Positions 9,923 to 19,296 of a DNA stretch of 64,000 bases are shown here, piece by piece. Numbering within the stretch: the first letter of the stretch is position 1; each line of letters begins with the position of its first letter. Both the position numbers and the translations under genes were made by a program. The notes under the pieces were generated by a model. That model did not search any database. It was not told the origin of the DNA and saw only the letters and a list, made by a program, of their open reading frames with translations. Source of the DNA: Marvinbryantia sp. (GTDB lineage: Bacteria; Bacillota; Clostridia; Lachnospirales; Lachnospiraceae); assembly GCA_045598185.1 (NCBI GenBank), contig JAZLLO010000113.1:55966-119965 (forward strand), read 5' to 3'.

Positions 9923-11518
9923 TTACATGGTATCACGATATTCAGTAGGAGTCTGTCCCGTAACCTTCTTAAAGATACGTGAGAAATAATTCGGATCACT
10001 GTACCCAACAGCTACACAGATCTCCTTGATAGTGGCATTCGGATTATTCAGCATCTGCTTTGCTTTTTCGATACGAAGACCAGTGAGATATTCAATGAAA
10101 GTCTGTTCCGTTTCTTCTTTAAAAAGCTTACTGAAATAATACGGACTGATATCAACATATTTTGAAACATCCTCCAGAGACAGTTCTTTGTCAAAATTCT
10201 GCAGGATATAGGATTTAGCCTTTCCGATGGTAGAAGACTCCTTCTCATCCTTACTGTCATTGATATTTCTTGTGGCAGTCATAATCTTATCGGTAAACCA
10301 GTGACGAAGCTCCTCAAAGGAATGAAAGCTAAGCACTGTCTCAAGATAATCCTTACGGTACAGGAAGCCGTATGGGATACCACCCTTAAGGAAAACTTCT
10401 TTTTCCGCCCACATGACGAATTCCAGAGCCTTGAGACGGATACTGTCCGGGTAATCTGGATAGGCATCCACCATCCAGTCAAAAAACAGATTTGCATAAC
10501 GAACAGCGTTGTCAAGGTCACCCTTTGTCACATAAGCGAACATCTGATTCTCCAGATCGGAAGGATAATCGGCCTCATATTCAAGCTCCATCTTGATATC
10601 ACGAAGATGAACGACACTGCTCTTATCCATACGAAGCGACTTCTTCGCTTCTTCATAGGAAGACTTCTGTTCGGTTAAAGGCCAGATATTGCCAAGACCG
10701 GCGCGGAATTTAAGACCGATCTGTTTCTTCAGCTTTCGAACCATATTTCTGGAAGTCTCTATGATGGCAATACGCTCAGCATAAGGCATATCGTCGGTAT
10801 CATGGGGAACGAATACTGCAACACTGCCAGCCATGATAGGACCGATGCAGCAATCCGGGAAAAATTCATGGATGATCTCGCGAAATGCGAGCAGGTGTTT
10901 TTGCATAACCACGGTGGAACCGACCGGATTCTCACCGATTCCCTGGGAAATATCTTCGCGATAATCGATAACAAGGATATAGCCAAAGCTGCAGGTCTGA
11001 CTTAACAGTTCCTGATAACGGCTAAGAGAAGGGGCCGGATCATCCTGGAAAAGAATCACGTTGATAAATCCATTCTCGATAACAGGAATTACCGCTTCCA
11101 GCTTCTCACGGATCATCAGGTTCTGACTGCGGCTGGAACGATCCTTATCGATAGCAGCCATAGCTTTTTCAAGTGCAGCCACGATCTTCGTCTTATTGGC
11201 GGGTTTGGTGAGATATTCGATAACACCAAGATTAATAGCCTCCTGGGCGAAGGTAAACTTATCATAGGCAGACATGATGATAAACTGTGCATTTTTATTG
11301 AAGGTACGGATCTCCCTTAAGGCATCGATTCCCTTGATACCGGGCATCTGAATATCCATCATGATGATGTCCGGGACAAAGGTCTGTGCGATCTCAATAC
11401 CCTGGCGTCCTGTCTTAGCTGTCTGAACTTCGCAGGACTGACCAAAATTTTTCGAAATAATAAACTTCAGAGAATCGAGGACGATCCCCTCATCATCTGC
11501 TAGCAAGATCTTATACAT
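9923..11518 (-). CDS. YesN-type response regulator (receiver + AraC HTH)
   Basis: ADDE, MDIQMP, YLTKP receiver; C-terminal ISPYYFSKLFK...VGYSDPNYFSRIFKK. Confidence 0.92.
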   Translation of the reverse strand: MYKILLADDEGIVLDSLKFIISKNFGQSCEVQTAKTGRQGIEIAQTFVPDIIMMDIQMPGIKGIDALREIRTFNKNAQFIIMSAYDKFTFAQEAINLGVIEYLTKPANKTKIVAALEKAMAAIDKDRSSRSQNLMIREKLEAVIPVIENGFINVILFQDDPAPSLSRYQELLSQTCSFGYILVIDYREDISQGIGENPVGSTVVMQKHLLAFREIIHEFFPDCCIGPIMAGSVAVFVPHDTDDMPYAERIAIIETSRNMVRKLKKQIGLKFRAGLGNIWPLTEQKSSYEEAKKSLRMDKSSVVHLRDIKMELEYEADYPSDLENQMFAYVTKGDLDNAVRYANLFFDWMVDAYPDYPDSIRLKALEFVMWAEKEVFLKGGIPYGFLYRKDYLETVLSFHSFEELRHWFTDKIMTATRNINDSKDEKESSTIGKAKSYILQNFDKELSLEDVSKYVDISPYYFSKLFKEETEQTFIEYLTGLRIEKAKQMLNNPNATIKEICVAVGYSDPNYFSRIFKKVTGQTPTEYRDTM

Positions 11519-11521
11519 AGA

Positions 11522-13012
11522 TTATACCTCATTTTGAAGAGGAATACGAATAGTGACTGAAGTTCCAAGATTCTCTCCATCACTTTCGATAATAAACAGA
11601 TCCTCTTCTTTATAGTAAAGTCTGAGACGTTCCTGTACATTGCCAAGCCCGATTCCATTGGAAGACTTATCAGAGGAATCGGTAAGATTCTTACCTTGAC
11701 GGATATCGGCAAGGCGGTCTGCAGGAATCCCGATTCCGTTATCAATGACACGGATATGGATATAGTTCTCATATTCATAGACCAGAAGCTGAACCTTTCC
11801 TTCCCAGGAAATGTTGCGGATTCCGTAACTGATGGCATTTTCTACCAGTGGCTGCAGGATCATACAAGGAACACGAATGTTGGATATGTCACAGGTAATC
11901 TCTTTTTCGTAGTGGATATCTCCTGCAAAACGAACATTCATAATGGATACATAGTTCTCGACCAGAGCGATTTCTTCTTCCAGATCAACCTCTGTCTGAT
12001 GAGACTTCAGGCTGTAGCGGAAAAAGTCGGCCATATTCTGGACAAAGGAGTAGGTACGCTCCGCATCCTCCATCATGGCAAGCTGTGCACCGGCATTTAA
12101 AGAGTTAAAGAGAAAATGCGGATTGATCTGTGCCTGATAGTAGCGAAGCTGAGCTTCCTTCAGATGAGTTTCCATCAGAAGCTCTCGTTCCTGGGCTTCT
12201 TTTTCTGCGATCATACTGCTTCGTACCTGCTCGATATAACGGCGGATACTGATGATCATCTGGTTAAATGCCTTGGTCACTGTTCCAATCTCATCCTCTG
12301 TTGTCACAGGCGGAAGTTCTACCTCGAAGTCACCTTTTGCGACAGTATTGGATACAGAAGCAAGGGCAAGAAGCGGCTTGGTAATCTGATGAACCATGAT
12401 CACCGTCAGGAAGATATTAAAAAGTGCAATGGCAATGATGACCAGCGTATTGATCCTTGAAAGATAACGAAGGGACGTCTCCAGATTACGGTAGTTCTGG
12501 GAGTTGGTGGCGAACTGCTCGTTATTCAGACTGTAGATATAGGAATTCAGGAATTCAAAATATCTGGAAGCATCTGCATAAGCAGTACGATATCGGCTGG
12601 TGTTACGGGCTCTTTTGGCTTCAATAGCTTCATTTGTTGACTGAAGGTATGTCTGGGAGATGTTGCGGATATTCTTCTCCATCGAGCCTGACATACTGCT
12701 TGTTGTCTTATCATTAAAGGAAGAAAGAAGATCCCGGTATTCCTGTTCATAGTAATAATATTGATTCAATGCATCGGTGCCCCTTGTCTCCAGATATTCG
12801 TGAATGTTTTCATGAACTTTGGAAAGCGAACTGGAGACCTGATTCAGTGTTTCGTTGCTGGTGTAAATGCTGTTGATCTCGGATAATGCCTGATCGATAT
12901 TCCGGTTCAGATACAGGGACATGGCAAGAGAAATCAGCGAGGTGAATGTAAACAGCATAATCAGTCGTAGTGGAAACGGGAAGGAAGAAAAAAGGTGAAT
13001 TCTTTTTTTCAT
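11522..13012 (-). CDS. YesM/LytS-type sensor histidine kinase
   Basis: Two TM helices, HAMP (EDEIG..AFNQM), QINPHFLFNSLN, LQPLVENAI, DNGIG, GIGLGNV. Confidence 0.92.
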   Translation of the reverse strand: MKKRIHLFSSFPFPLRLIMLFTFTSLISLAMSLYLNRNIDQALSEINSIYTSNETLNQVSSSLSKVHENIHEYLETRGTDALNQYYYYEQEYRDLLSSFNDKTTSSMSGSMEKNIRNISQTYLQSTNEAIEAKRARNTSRYRTAYADASRYFEFLNSYIYSLNNEQFATNSQNYRNLETSLRYLSRINTLVIIAIALFNIFLTVIMVHQITKPLLALASVSNTVAKGDFEVELPPVTTEDEIGTVTKAFNQMIISIRRYIEQVRSSMIAEKEAQERELLMETHLKEAQLRYYQAQINPHFLFNSLNAGAQLAMMEDAERTYSFVQNMADFFRYSLKSHQTEVDLEEEIALVENYVSIMNVRFAGDIHYEKEITCDISNIRVPCMILQPLVENAISYGIRNISWEGKVQLLVYEYENYIHIRVIDNGIGIPADRLADIRQGKNLTDSSDKSSNGIGLGNVQERLRLYYKEEDLFIIESDGENLGTSVTIRIPLQNEV

Positions 13013-13016
13013 ACGA

Positions 13017-14057
13017 TCAGTTCTCCTCCTTTTCCGGATTCTTTTCCAGATCCATTAACAGACGCTGTGCATCCTTTGCAGCAATTACGTAAGAATCTAC
13101 CTGTGAGTAGTCACTGCAGTGCCCATATTCCAGCTGTTCTGCGAGGTTCTTGATGGCAGTCTCTCCGATCTGGCTGGTGTCGATCACCAGGTTCGCACTG
13201 ATAACGTTATTTTTCAGTGCCTCCAGAACAGAAGAATTCTGATAGAAACCGATGATGGTAAAGTTGCCGACATAGTTCATATCAATAGCAATCTGACTAA
13301 TGTACTGTGTCTGCAAAAGAGAAGTACAGATGATGATGTCCACCGAATCGTGATTATCTTTTAAAAACTGACGGATATTTTCCTCTGCGTCAAAGGAATT
13401 CTCTTCCTGGATCAGGCGGGTATCCAGATGGATGTCGTGGTCTGCATCAGAAAATGCACGTCCGACTCCGGATAATAAAAGTCGTCTTTCAGAGCTGTTC
13501 TCCTTTTCATCAAAAAGCACCATGACAGAAGGGGTATCTTCCGAACAATAGGAGAGAGCGAGCTTTCCATAATCGTAACCAAGAGAGACACTGTTCACAC
13601 CGGTATAGTTATAACGGTTGCTGTTTAACTGATCCCGGTACAGCGTACCGACAACGATACCCTGTTCTGCAGCAGTATTGATCAGGTAGGTGGTACTGAA
13701 GTTGCCGGATGGTTCCACAAGAATTGCATCGACATGAGCGGCAATAGCCATTCGGATCAGTTCGTCAGATGTATAAGGAAGAGAAAGGTTCTCCCCGAAA
13801 CGCTCCACGTAGATATCAGAGCGATCACCGGCAGCTTTGGCCGAATTGTATACAGAATCCCAGAAATCATCTGATGTTGACTCAGAGATAAAGGCACAGT
13901 GATAGCGGTAATCCGTATCGGACTGTTCAACTGTATAGCGCTTCTGAAGAACAGACAGATCGTGATAGTTTTTGATAATGACGGCAAGGATGGAGAGCAT
14001 TGCAATCAGTGCAAGAAATGCGATAGCCGTCAGATAATTCCATTTATATTTTTTCAT
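13017..14057 (-). CDS. Membrane-anchored sugar-binding sensor accessory protein (XylFII-like)
   Basis: N-terminal TM helix, DDFWDSVY...A motif of periplasmic-binding fold; directly upstream of the kinase. Confidence 0.7.
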   Translation of the reverse strand: MKKYKWNYLTAIAFLALIAMLSILAVIIKNYHDLSVLQKRYTVEQSDTDYRYHCAFISESTSDDFWDSVYNSAKAAGDRSDIYVERFGENLSLPYTSDELIRMAIAAHVDAILVEPSGNFSTTYLINTAAEQGIVVGTLYRDQLNSNRYNYTGVNSVSLGYDYGKLALSYCSEDTPSVMVLFDEKENSSERRLLLSGVGRAFSDADHDIHLDTRLIQEENSFDAEENIRQFLKDNHDSVDIIICTSLLQTQYISQIAIDMNYVGNFTIIGFYQNSSVLEALKNNVISANLVIDTSQIGETAIKNLAEQLEYGHCSDYSQVDSYVIAAKDAQRLLMDLEKNPEKEEN

Positions 14058-14079
14058 TCTTGTTATTATCTTTTATCGG

Positions 14080-15234
14080 TCAGATCTGATTAGGATACAG
14101 AAACTGTTTCTGGATCATATAGGCACCACCCAGAAGGATCGAAGTATCCTGCAGGGTTGATGGAATCAGGTGACAATATTTATTCATAGTGTTACGCAGC
14201 TTGTCAGTTATGTCTGCACAAAGGGATGGCTTGCAGCGGATCAGAACAGTATTCAGAACAATGATGTCCGGATTAAAGGTATTCAGAAGATTATTGATGC
14301 CGATGGACATATAGAAGATGAAGTCTTCCATAAGTGCGAGGGCATCCGGGTCTTTTTGCTGATACAACTGTTCAAATACATCGGCGTCCACAGGATATCC
14401 TTTTCTGTGGGACAATTCCATAAAAATGGCACGCTCGGAAGCGTACTGCTCAAGACAGCCATGATTGCCGCATGGGCATTCTCTTCCGTTGGCTGCGATG
14501 ATGGTGTGGCCGAATTCACCGGCATAGCCATTCTTTCCTTTAACAAGCTGATCCTTCATGATGATCCCGACACCGATACCGGAATGGATACTGATGTAGA
14601 GCATCTCATTGGTATGGTGGAAATGGAACCATTCACCGAGGACAGAAAGATTAGCTTCATTCTCAATAATGACAGGGACCTGGAATTCTTCAGCAAGTGG
14701 GGTAACAAGATCCAGATTTTCGTAATTAGAATAAGGAAGGAAGATGATCTTGTTATGATGAACGACGCCGTGAATTCCAAGGGCGATCCCGATGAGTCCG
14801 TAATGACTTTCCGGAAGGGCAGAAACTGCTTTTTTGATCTCTGTTTTCAGGCAGAAGAGCAGGTGGGAAGTATCCTCCGGTGCCGGAAAGCTGGTGAGCG
14901 CACACTCTCCGCCAAGAAGATTGGAAGTCATGAGCGTGATCGTGTTAAGTCCAAGGTCCAGAGAGATCACATATCCACAGGAATGATTCATGGAAAGCGG
15001 GATCGCTTTTCGTCCTTTCTGCGAAGTCGCGGAAAGATCCTGTTCTTTTTCCAGGATAAGTTCCCGGTCCAGGAGATTCTGCACAATTGTAGAGACTGTA
15101 GCCTTGGTAAGACCAAGAGTCTGCGCAATTTTTGCTCTGGAGATTGGTTCATGTTCAATAATTGTTCGGATAACTGACTGGGTATTAATGTCGCGAATCA
15201 GTTCCGAATTTCCAGTTAAAATACTTTTTGGCAT
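14080..15234 (-). CDS. xylR: ROK-family xylose repressor
   Basis: ISRAKIAQTLGLTKATVS HTH, IENEAN, GIGVGII, AGEFGH, CPCGNHGCLE; divergent from xylose catabolic genes. Confidence 0.85.
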   Translation of the reverse strand: MPKSILTGNSELIRDINTQSVIRTIIEHEPISRAKIAQTLGLTKATVSTIVQNLLDRELILEKEQDLSATSQKGRKAIPLSMNHSCGYVISLDLGLNTITLMTSNLLGGECALTSFPAPEDTSHLLFCLKTEIKKAVSALPESHYGLIGIALGIHGVVHHNKIIFLPYSNYENLDLVTPLAEEFQVPVIIENEANLSVLGEWFHFHHTNEMLYISIHSGIGVGIIMKDQLVKGKNGYAGEFGHTIIAANGRECPCGNHGCLEQYASERAIFMELSHRKGYPVDADVFEQLYQQKDPDALALMEDFIFYMSIGINNLLNTFNPDIIVLNTVLIRCKPSLCADITDKLRNTMNKYCHLIPSTLQDTSILLGGAYMIQKQFLYPNQI

Positions 15235-15248
15235 ATACGAAAATCCTC

Positions 15249-15277
15249 TTGCAAAATAATCTGATTCGAGTTAAAAT
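15249..15277 (+). promoter_or_regulatory. SigmaA promoter of the xylose catabolic operon
   Basis: TTGCAA-17 bp-TAAAAT. Confidence 0.75.
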
Positions 15278-15288
15278 TAGTGTAACAT

Positions 15289-15313
15289 AATTTGTTCAAG
15301 AAGTAAACTAATT
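15289..15313. promoter_or_regulatory. Putative XylR operator
   Basis: AATTTGTTCAAGAAGTAAACTAATT, 25-bp imperfect palindrome resembling Bacillus-type xylO, just downstream of the -10. Confidence 0.7.
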
Positions 15314-15338
15314 AAAAATTAAGGGAGGGAACATTCAT

Positions 15339-15959
15339 ATGCAGATCAAAAGTATTACAGATGAGGCATTTAAAAAGTATGGTCGTGTACTTCCAATCGA
15401 GGTACCGGATCTGATTAAGCGCCTTGCTGAGACTCCTGTTACAGACCATGTTGAATATGTTGCATCAGAGCCGATTCTTGAATCCTGTGCAGAAAGAGAA
15501 GCTATCGAGAACAGCATTTACGGTGGAATGCCTATTCAGATCGGATACTGTAATGGTGTGAATCATACACTGAACTGTGTTGAATATCATCGTGATTCAG
15601 AGATCGACATCGCACTTGACGGAGCAATTCTTTTAATTGGTTTAGAGAGCGACGTAGAAGATGATTTCACATACGATACTTCTAAGATGGAAGCATTTGC
15701 AGCACCTGCAGGCGCAGTTGTTGAATTATATGCTACAACACTTCACTATGCACCGATCAACGCAGAAGGAAAGGATGATTTCCGTGTAGTTATCATCTTA
15801 CCAAAGGGAACTAACACAGAACCACCTGTACTTGGCGGATGCATGCCGGAAGAAAAGCTTATGACAGCAAGAAATAAGTGGCTCATCGCTCATCCGGAAT
15901 CACCGGAAGGAAAAGGCGGCGCATTTGCAGGTCTTAAAGGTGAGAATATCACTATTTAA
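15339..15959 (+). CDS. DUF4867-family protein
   Basis: FKKYGRV, YGGMPIQIGYCNG.N..LNCVEYHRDSEI, ELYATTLHYAP, ARNKWLIAH motifs. Confidence 0.75.
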   Translation: MQIKSITDEAFKKYGRVLPIEVPDLIKRLAETPVTDHVEYVASEPILESCAEREAIENSIYGGMPIQIGYCNGVNHTLNCVEYHRDSEIDIALDGAILLIGLESDVEDDFTYDTSKMEAFAAPAGAVVELYATTLHYAPINAEGKDDFRVVIILPKGTNTEPPVLGGCMPEEKLMTARNKWLIAHPESPEGKGGAFAGLKGENITI

Positions 15960-16019
15960 TTAAGTAATCATTATTATCATAATAATATATGAACAAACAC
16001 AATCAGGAGGACTATAACA

Positions 16020-17507
16020 ATGAACAACATGCCTAAAGTAAAAATTGGTATCGTAGCAGTAAGCCGTGACTGTTTCCCGGAATCACTTGCTGTTAACAGA
16101 AGAATCGCACTTGTAGAAGCATACAAGGCTAAATACGGTGATGAAAACATCTACGAATGCCCAATCTGTATCGTAGAAAGTGAAATCCACATGACACAGG
16201 CTCTTGCTGATGTAAAAGCAGCTGGATGTAACGCACTTGTAGTTTACCTTGGCAACTTCGGACCAGAAATCTCAGGATCTCTTCTTGCTAAACACTTCGA
16301 AGGTCCTAAGATGATCGTTGCTGCAGCAGAAGAAACACAGACAAACCTGATTCAGGGTCGTGGTGATGCTTACTGTGGCGTTCTTAACATCAGCTATGCT
16401 CTTCAGTTAAGAAACGTTGGCGGCTACTATATGCCAGAATATCCAGTTGGTGACGCAGAAGACTGTGCAGATATGATCCATGACTTTATTCCAATCGCTC
16501 GTGCTTACGTTGCAGTTAAAGCTCTTAAGATCATCAGCTTTGGTCCACGTCCAAACAACTTCAATGCTTGTAACGCTCCTATCAAGCAGCTTTACAACAT
16601 GGGTATTGAGATCGAAGAAAACTCAGAACTTGACCTTTATGAATCATTCCTGAAACATGCAGGTGACGAACGTATCCCAGCAGTAGTTGCAGATATGGAA
16701 GCTGAACTTGGCGATGGCAACAAGAAGCCAGAAGTTCTTCCTAAGCTTGCTCAGTACGAGATCACTCTTCTTGACTGGATCGAAGCTCACAAGGGTTACA
16801 AAGAATATGTTTCTCTTACAACAAAGTGCTGGCCAGCATTCCAGACAATGTTCGGTTTCGTTCCTTGCTACGTAAACAGCCGTCTTGCAGGCCGTGGAAT
16901 TCCTGTATCATGTGAAGTAGATATCTACGGAACACTTTCAGAGTTCATCGGTACAGCTGTTTCTGATGATGTTGTTACACTTCTTGATATCAACAACACA
17001 GTACCAAAGGATATGTTCAAAGAGTCTATCGAAGGCAAGTATGATTACAAGCTTACAGATACATTCATGGGCTTCCATTGTGGTAACACATGTACAAAGA
17101 AGCTTGCTACAAAGGAAATGAAGTATCAGCTTATTATGGCTCGTAACCTTCCAGAAGAAGTTACACAGGGTACTCTTGAAGGAACTATCTGTGCTGGCGA
17201 TATCACATTCTATCGTATCCAGTCTACAGCTGATAACATCCTTCGTGCTTACATTGCTGAAGGTGAGATCCTTCCAGTTGACCCACAGTCATTTGGTGGT
17301 ATCGGTGTATTCGCTATTCCAGAGATGGGAAGATTCTACCGTCACGTACTGATCCAGAAGGGTTATCCACATCATGGAGCAGTTACATTTGGTCATCATG
17401 CAAAAGCTCTGTTCGAAGTATTCAAACTCCTTGGCGTAGATGTAAACGAAATCGGTTACAACCAGCCAGCAGGTGTTCGTTACCCAACAGAAAATCCATG
17501 GGGCTAA
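16020..17507 (+). CDS. L-fucose/L-arabinose isomerase-family protein; probable non-canonical xylose isomerase (XylA-II type)
   Basis: AVSRDCFP, GNFGPE, RGDAYCG, KCWPAFQ, SCEVDIYG, GFHCGN, YPHHGAV; between xylR and xylB. Confidence 0.75.
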   Translation: MNNMPKVKIGIVAVSRDCFPESLAVNRRIALVEAYKAKYGDENIYECPICIVESEIHMTQALADVKAAGCNALVVYLGNFGPEISGSLLAKHFEGPKMIVAAAEETQTNLIQGRGDAYCGVLNISYALQLRNVGGYYMPEYPVGDAEDCADMIHDFIPIARAYVAVKALKIISFGPRPNNFNACNAPIKQLYNMGIEIEENSELDLYESFLKHAGDERIPAVVADMEAELGDGNKKPEVLPKLAQYEITLLDWIEAHKGYKEYVSLTTKCWPAFQTMFGFVPCYVNSRLAGRGIPVSCEVDIYGTLSEFIGTAVSDDVVTLLDINNTVPKDMFKESIEGKYDYKLTDTFMGFHCGNTCTKKLATKEMKYQLIMARNLPEEVTQGTLEGTICAGDITFYRIQSTADNILRAYIAEGEILPVDPQSFGGIGVFAIPEMGRFYRHVLIQKGYPHHGAVTFGHHAKALFEVFKLLGVDVNEIGYNQPAGVRYPTENPWG

Positions 17508-17546
17508 TTGCGGATCCTATATAAGATTTAATTAGAATTTAATGAG

Positions 17547-17592
17547 ATGGCCGTTCAGCCAGGGGGCATACCCCTCTGAGCGGTCATTTTTT
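17547..17592 (+). terminator. Stem-loop with U-tract between isomerase and xylB
   Basis: ATGGCCGTTCAG...CTGAGCGGTCAT followed by TTTTT. Confidence 0.55.
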
Positions 17593-17620
17593 CGAAATTA
17601 TCACAAAGGAGATAAAGATT

Positions 17621-19099
17621 ATGCTTTATATTGGTGTTGACCTTGGTACTTCTGCAGTTAAATTACTGCTTATGAATGCAGAAGGTAAGATTGAAAGTGT
17701 TGTTTCAAAAGAATATCCTTTATATTTCCCACATCCAGGCTGGTCTGAGCAGAAACCAGAAGACTGGTGGGCAGCTGTTATGGAAGGTTTAAAAGAACTG
17801 ACAGCTAACTGTGATAAGAGCCAGATCGGTGGTATCAGCTTCGGTGGACAGATGCATGGTATGGTTGCTCTGGATGAGAATGATGATGTTATCCGTCCAG
17901 CTATCCTCTGGAATGATGGACGTACACAGAAGCAGACAGATTACCTGAACAATGTAATCGGTAAGGATGTATTATCTGCTCGTACCGCTAACATCGCATT
18001 TGCCGGATTTACAGCTCCAAAGATCCTCTGGATGAAGGAAGAAGAACCAGAAAACTTTGCTAAGACAAAGATGATCATGCTTCCAAAGGACTACATCGCA
18101 TTCAAGCTTTCCGGCGTATATTGTACAGATGTATCTGATGCTTCCGGTATGCTGATCTTTGATGTTAAGAATAAATGCTGGTCTAAGGAGATGCTTGAGG
18201 TTTGTGGTATCACAGAAGCTCAGGTTCCAAAGATCTTTGAAAGTTATGAATCAGTTGGCAATATCTTACCTGAGATCGCAGCTGAGCTTGGCTTCCCTGA
18301 GACAGTTAAGATCGTTGCAGGTGCTGGCGATAACGCAGCAGCAGCTGTTGGTACCGGTACAGTAGGTGATGGTAAGTGTAACATCTCTCTTGGTACATCA
18401 GGTACAATCTTCGTTGCATCAAAAGAGTTCGGTGTTGATGATAACAACGCACTTCATTCATTTGCTCATTCAGATGGTAACTATCACCTTATGGGATGTA
18501 TGCTTTCTGCAGCATCTTGCAACAAGTGGTGGATGGATGAGATCATTGGAACAAAGGATTATGCAGGAGAACAGGCAAAGATCACAGACGATATGCTTGG
18601 CAATAACCATGTATTCTTCCTTCCATACCTTATGGGCGAAAGATCTCCTCATAACAATCCAAATGCGCGTGGTACATTCATTGGTATGACAATGGATAAC
18701 ACAAGAGCAGACATGACACAGGCAGTTCTGGAAGGTGTTGCATTCGCAATCCGTGATTCTTTCGAAGTTGCTAAGTCTCTTGGCATCAAGATTGAAAGAA
18801 CTAAGATCTGCGGTGGTGGAGCTAAGAGCCCACTCTGGAAGAAAATCATGGCTAATGTTCTTGGTATCAAGGTTGATATCATTGAATCAGAAGAAGGTCC
18901 TGGATACGGCGGTGCTATGCTTGCAGCTGTAGCTTGCGGTGAATTCGCATCGGTAGAAGAAGCAGCTGAAAAACTGGTTAAGGTTATCGATACAGTAGAA
19001 CCGGATCCAGAGATCGTTGCAAGATACGATGCTAAGTATGCAAAGTTTGCTAAGATCTATCCAACAGTTAAGTGTCTGTTTGATGAGGTTACAAAATAA
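17621..19099 (+). CDS. xylB: Xylulokinase
   Basis: YIGVDLGTSAVK, GGQMHG, ILWNDGRT, GAGDNAA, LPYLMGERSPH FGGY-kinase motifs. Confidence 0.92.
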   Translation: MLYIGVDLGTSAVKLLLMNAEGKIESVVSKEYPLYFPHPGWSEQKPEDWWAAVMEGLKELTANCDKSQIGGISFGGQMHGMVALDENDDVIRPAILWNDGRTQKQTDYLNNVIGKDVLSARTANIAFAGFTAPKILWMKEEEPENFAKTKMIMLPKDYIAFKLSGVYCTDVSDASGMLIFDVKNKCWSKEMLEVCGITEAQVPKIFESYESVGNILPEIAAELGFPETVKIVAGAGDNAAAAVGTGTVGDGKCNISLGTSGTIFVASKEFGVDDNNALHSFAHSDGNYHLMGCMLSAASCNKWWMDEIIGTKDYAGEQAKITDDMLGNNHVFFLPYLMGERSPHNNPNARGTFIGMTMDNTRADMTQAVLEGVAFAIRDSFEVAKSLGIKIERTKICGGGAKSPLWKKIMANVLGIKVDIIESEEGPGYGGAMLAAVACGEFASVEEAAEKLVKVIDTVEPDPEIVARYDAKYAKFAKIYPTVKCLFDEVTK

Positions 19100-19121
19100 A
19101 TAAATCCGTATAGATAAAAAA

Positions 19122-19156
19122 GTGCTGGTTGCTGTAATCGCAACTAGCATTTTTTT
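19122..19156 (+). terminator. Rho-independent terminator after xylB
   Basis: GTGCTGGTTGC-7-GCAACTAGCAT followed by a T-run. Confidence 0.75.
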
Positions 19157-19296
19157 GTTGCAAGAATGTGCTATCGATGGTGCTTGACAGGCTTTCATCA
19201 TAATAATTTGAAGATGTTAACAAGATTATCCAGATAGCCTTGTGTTATAGTAAAATTACAAAATATCGGAAAATCTAATTACAGGAGGATATTAAA

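Noticed and set aside
14170-15177. 335-aa plus-strand ORF
   Set aside because: Antisense shadow of xylR, with no recognisable motif or RBS
19185-19251. TTGACA and weak 20-bp direct repeats upstream of the ABC operon as a YesN site
   Set aside because: TTGACA has no properly spaced -10, and the repeat match (9/15) is too weak in AT-rich DNA; only an extended -10 (TGtTATAGT) is plausible
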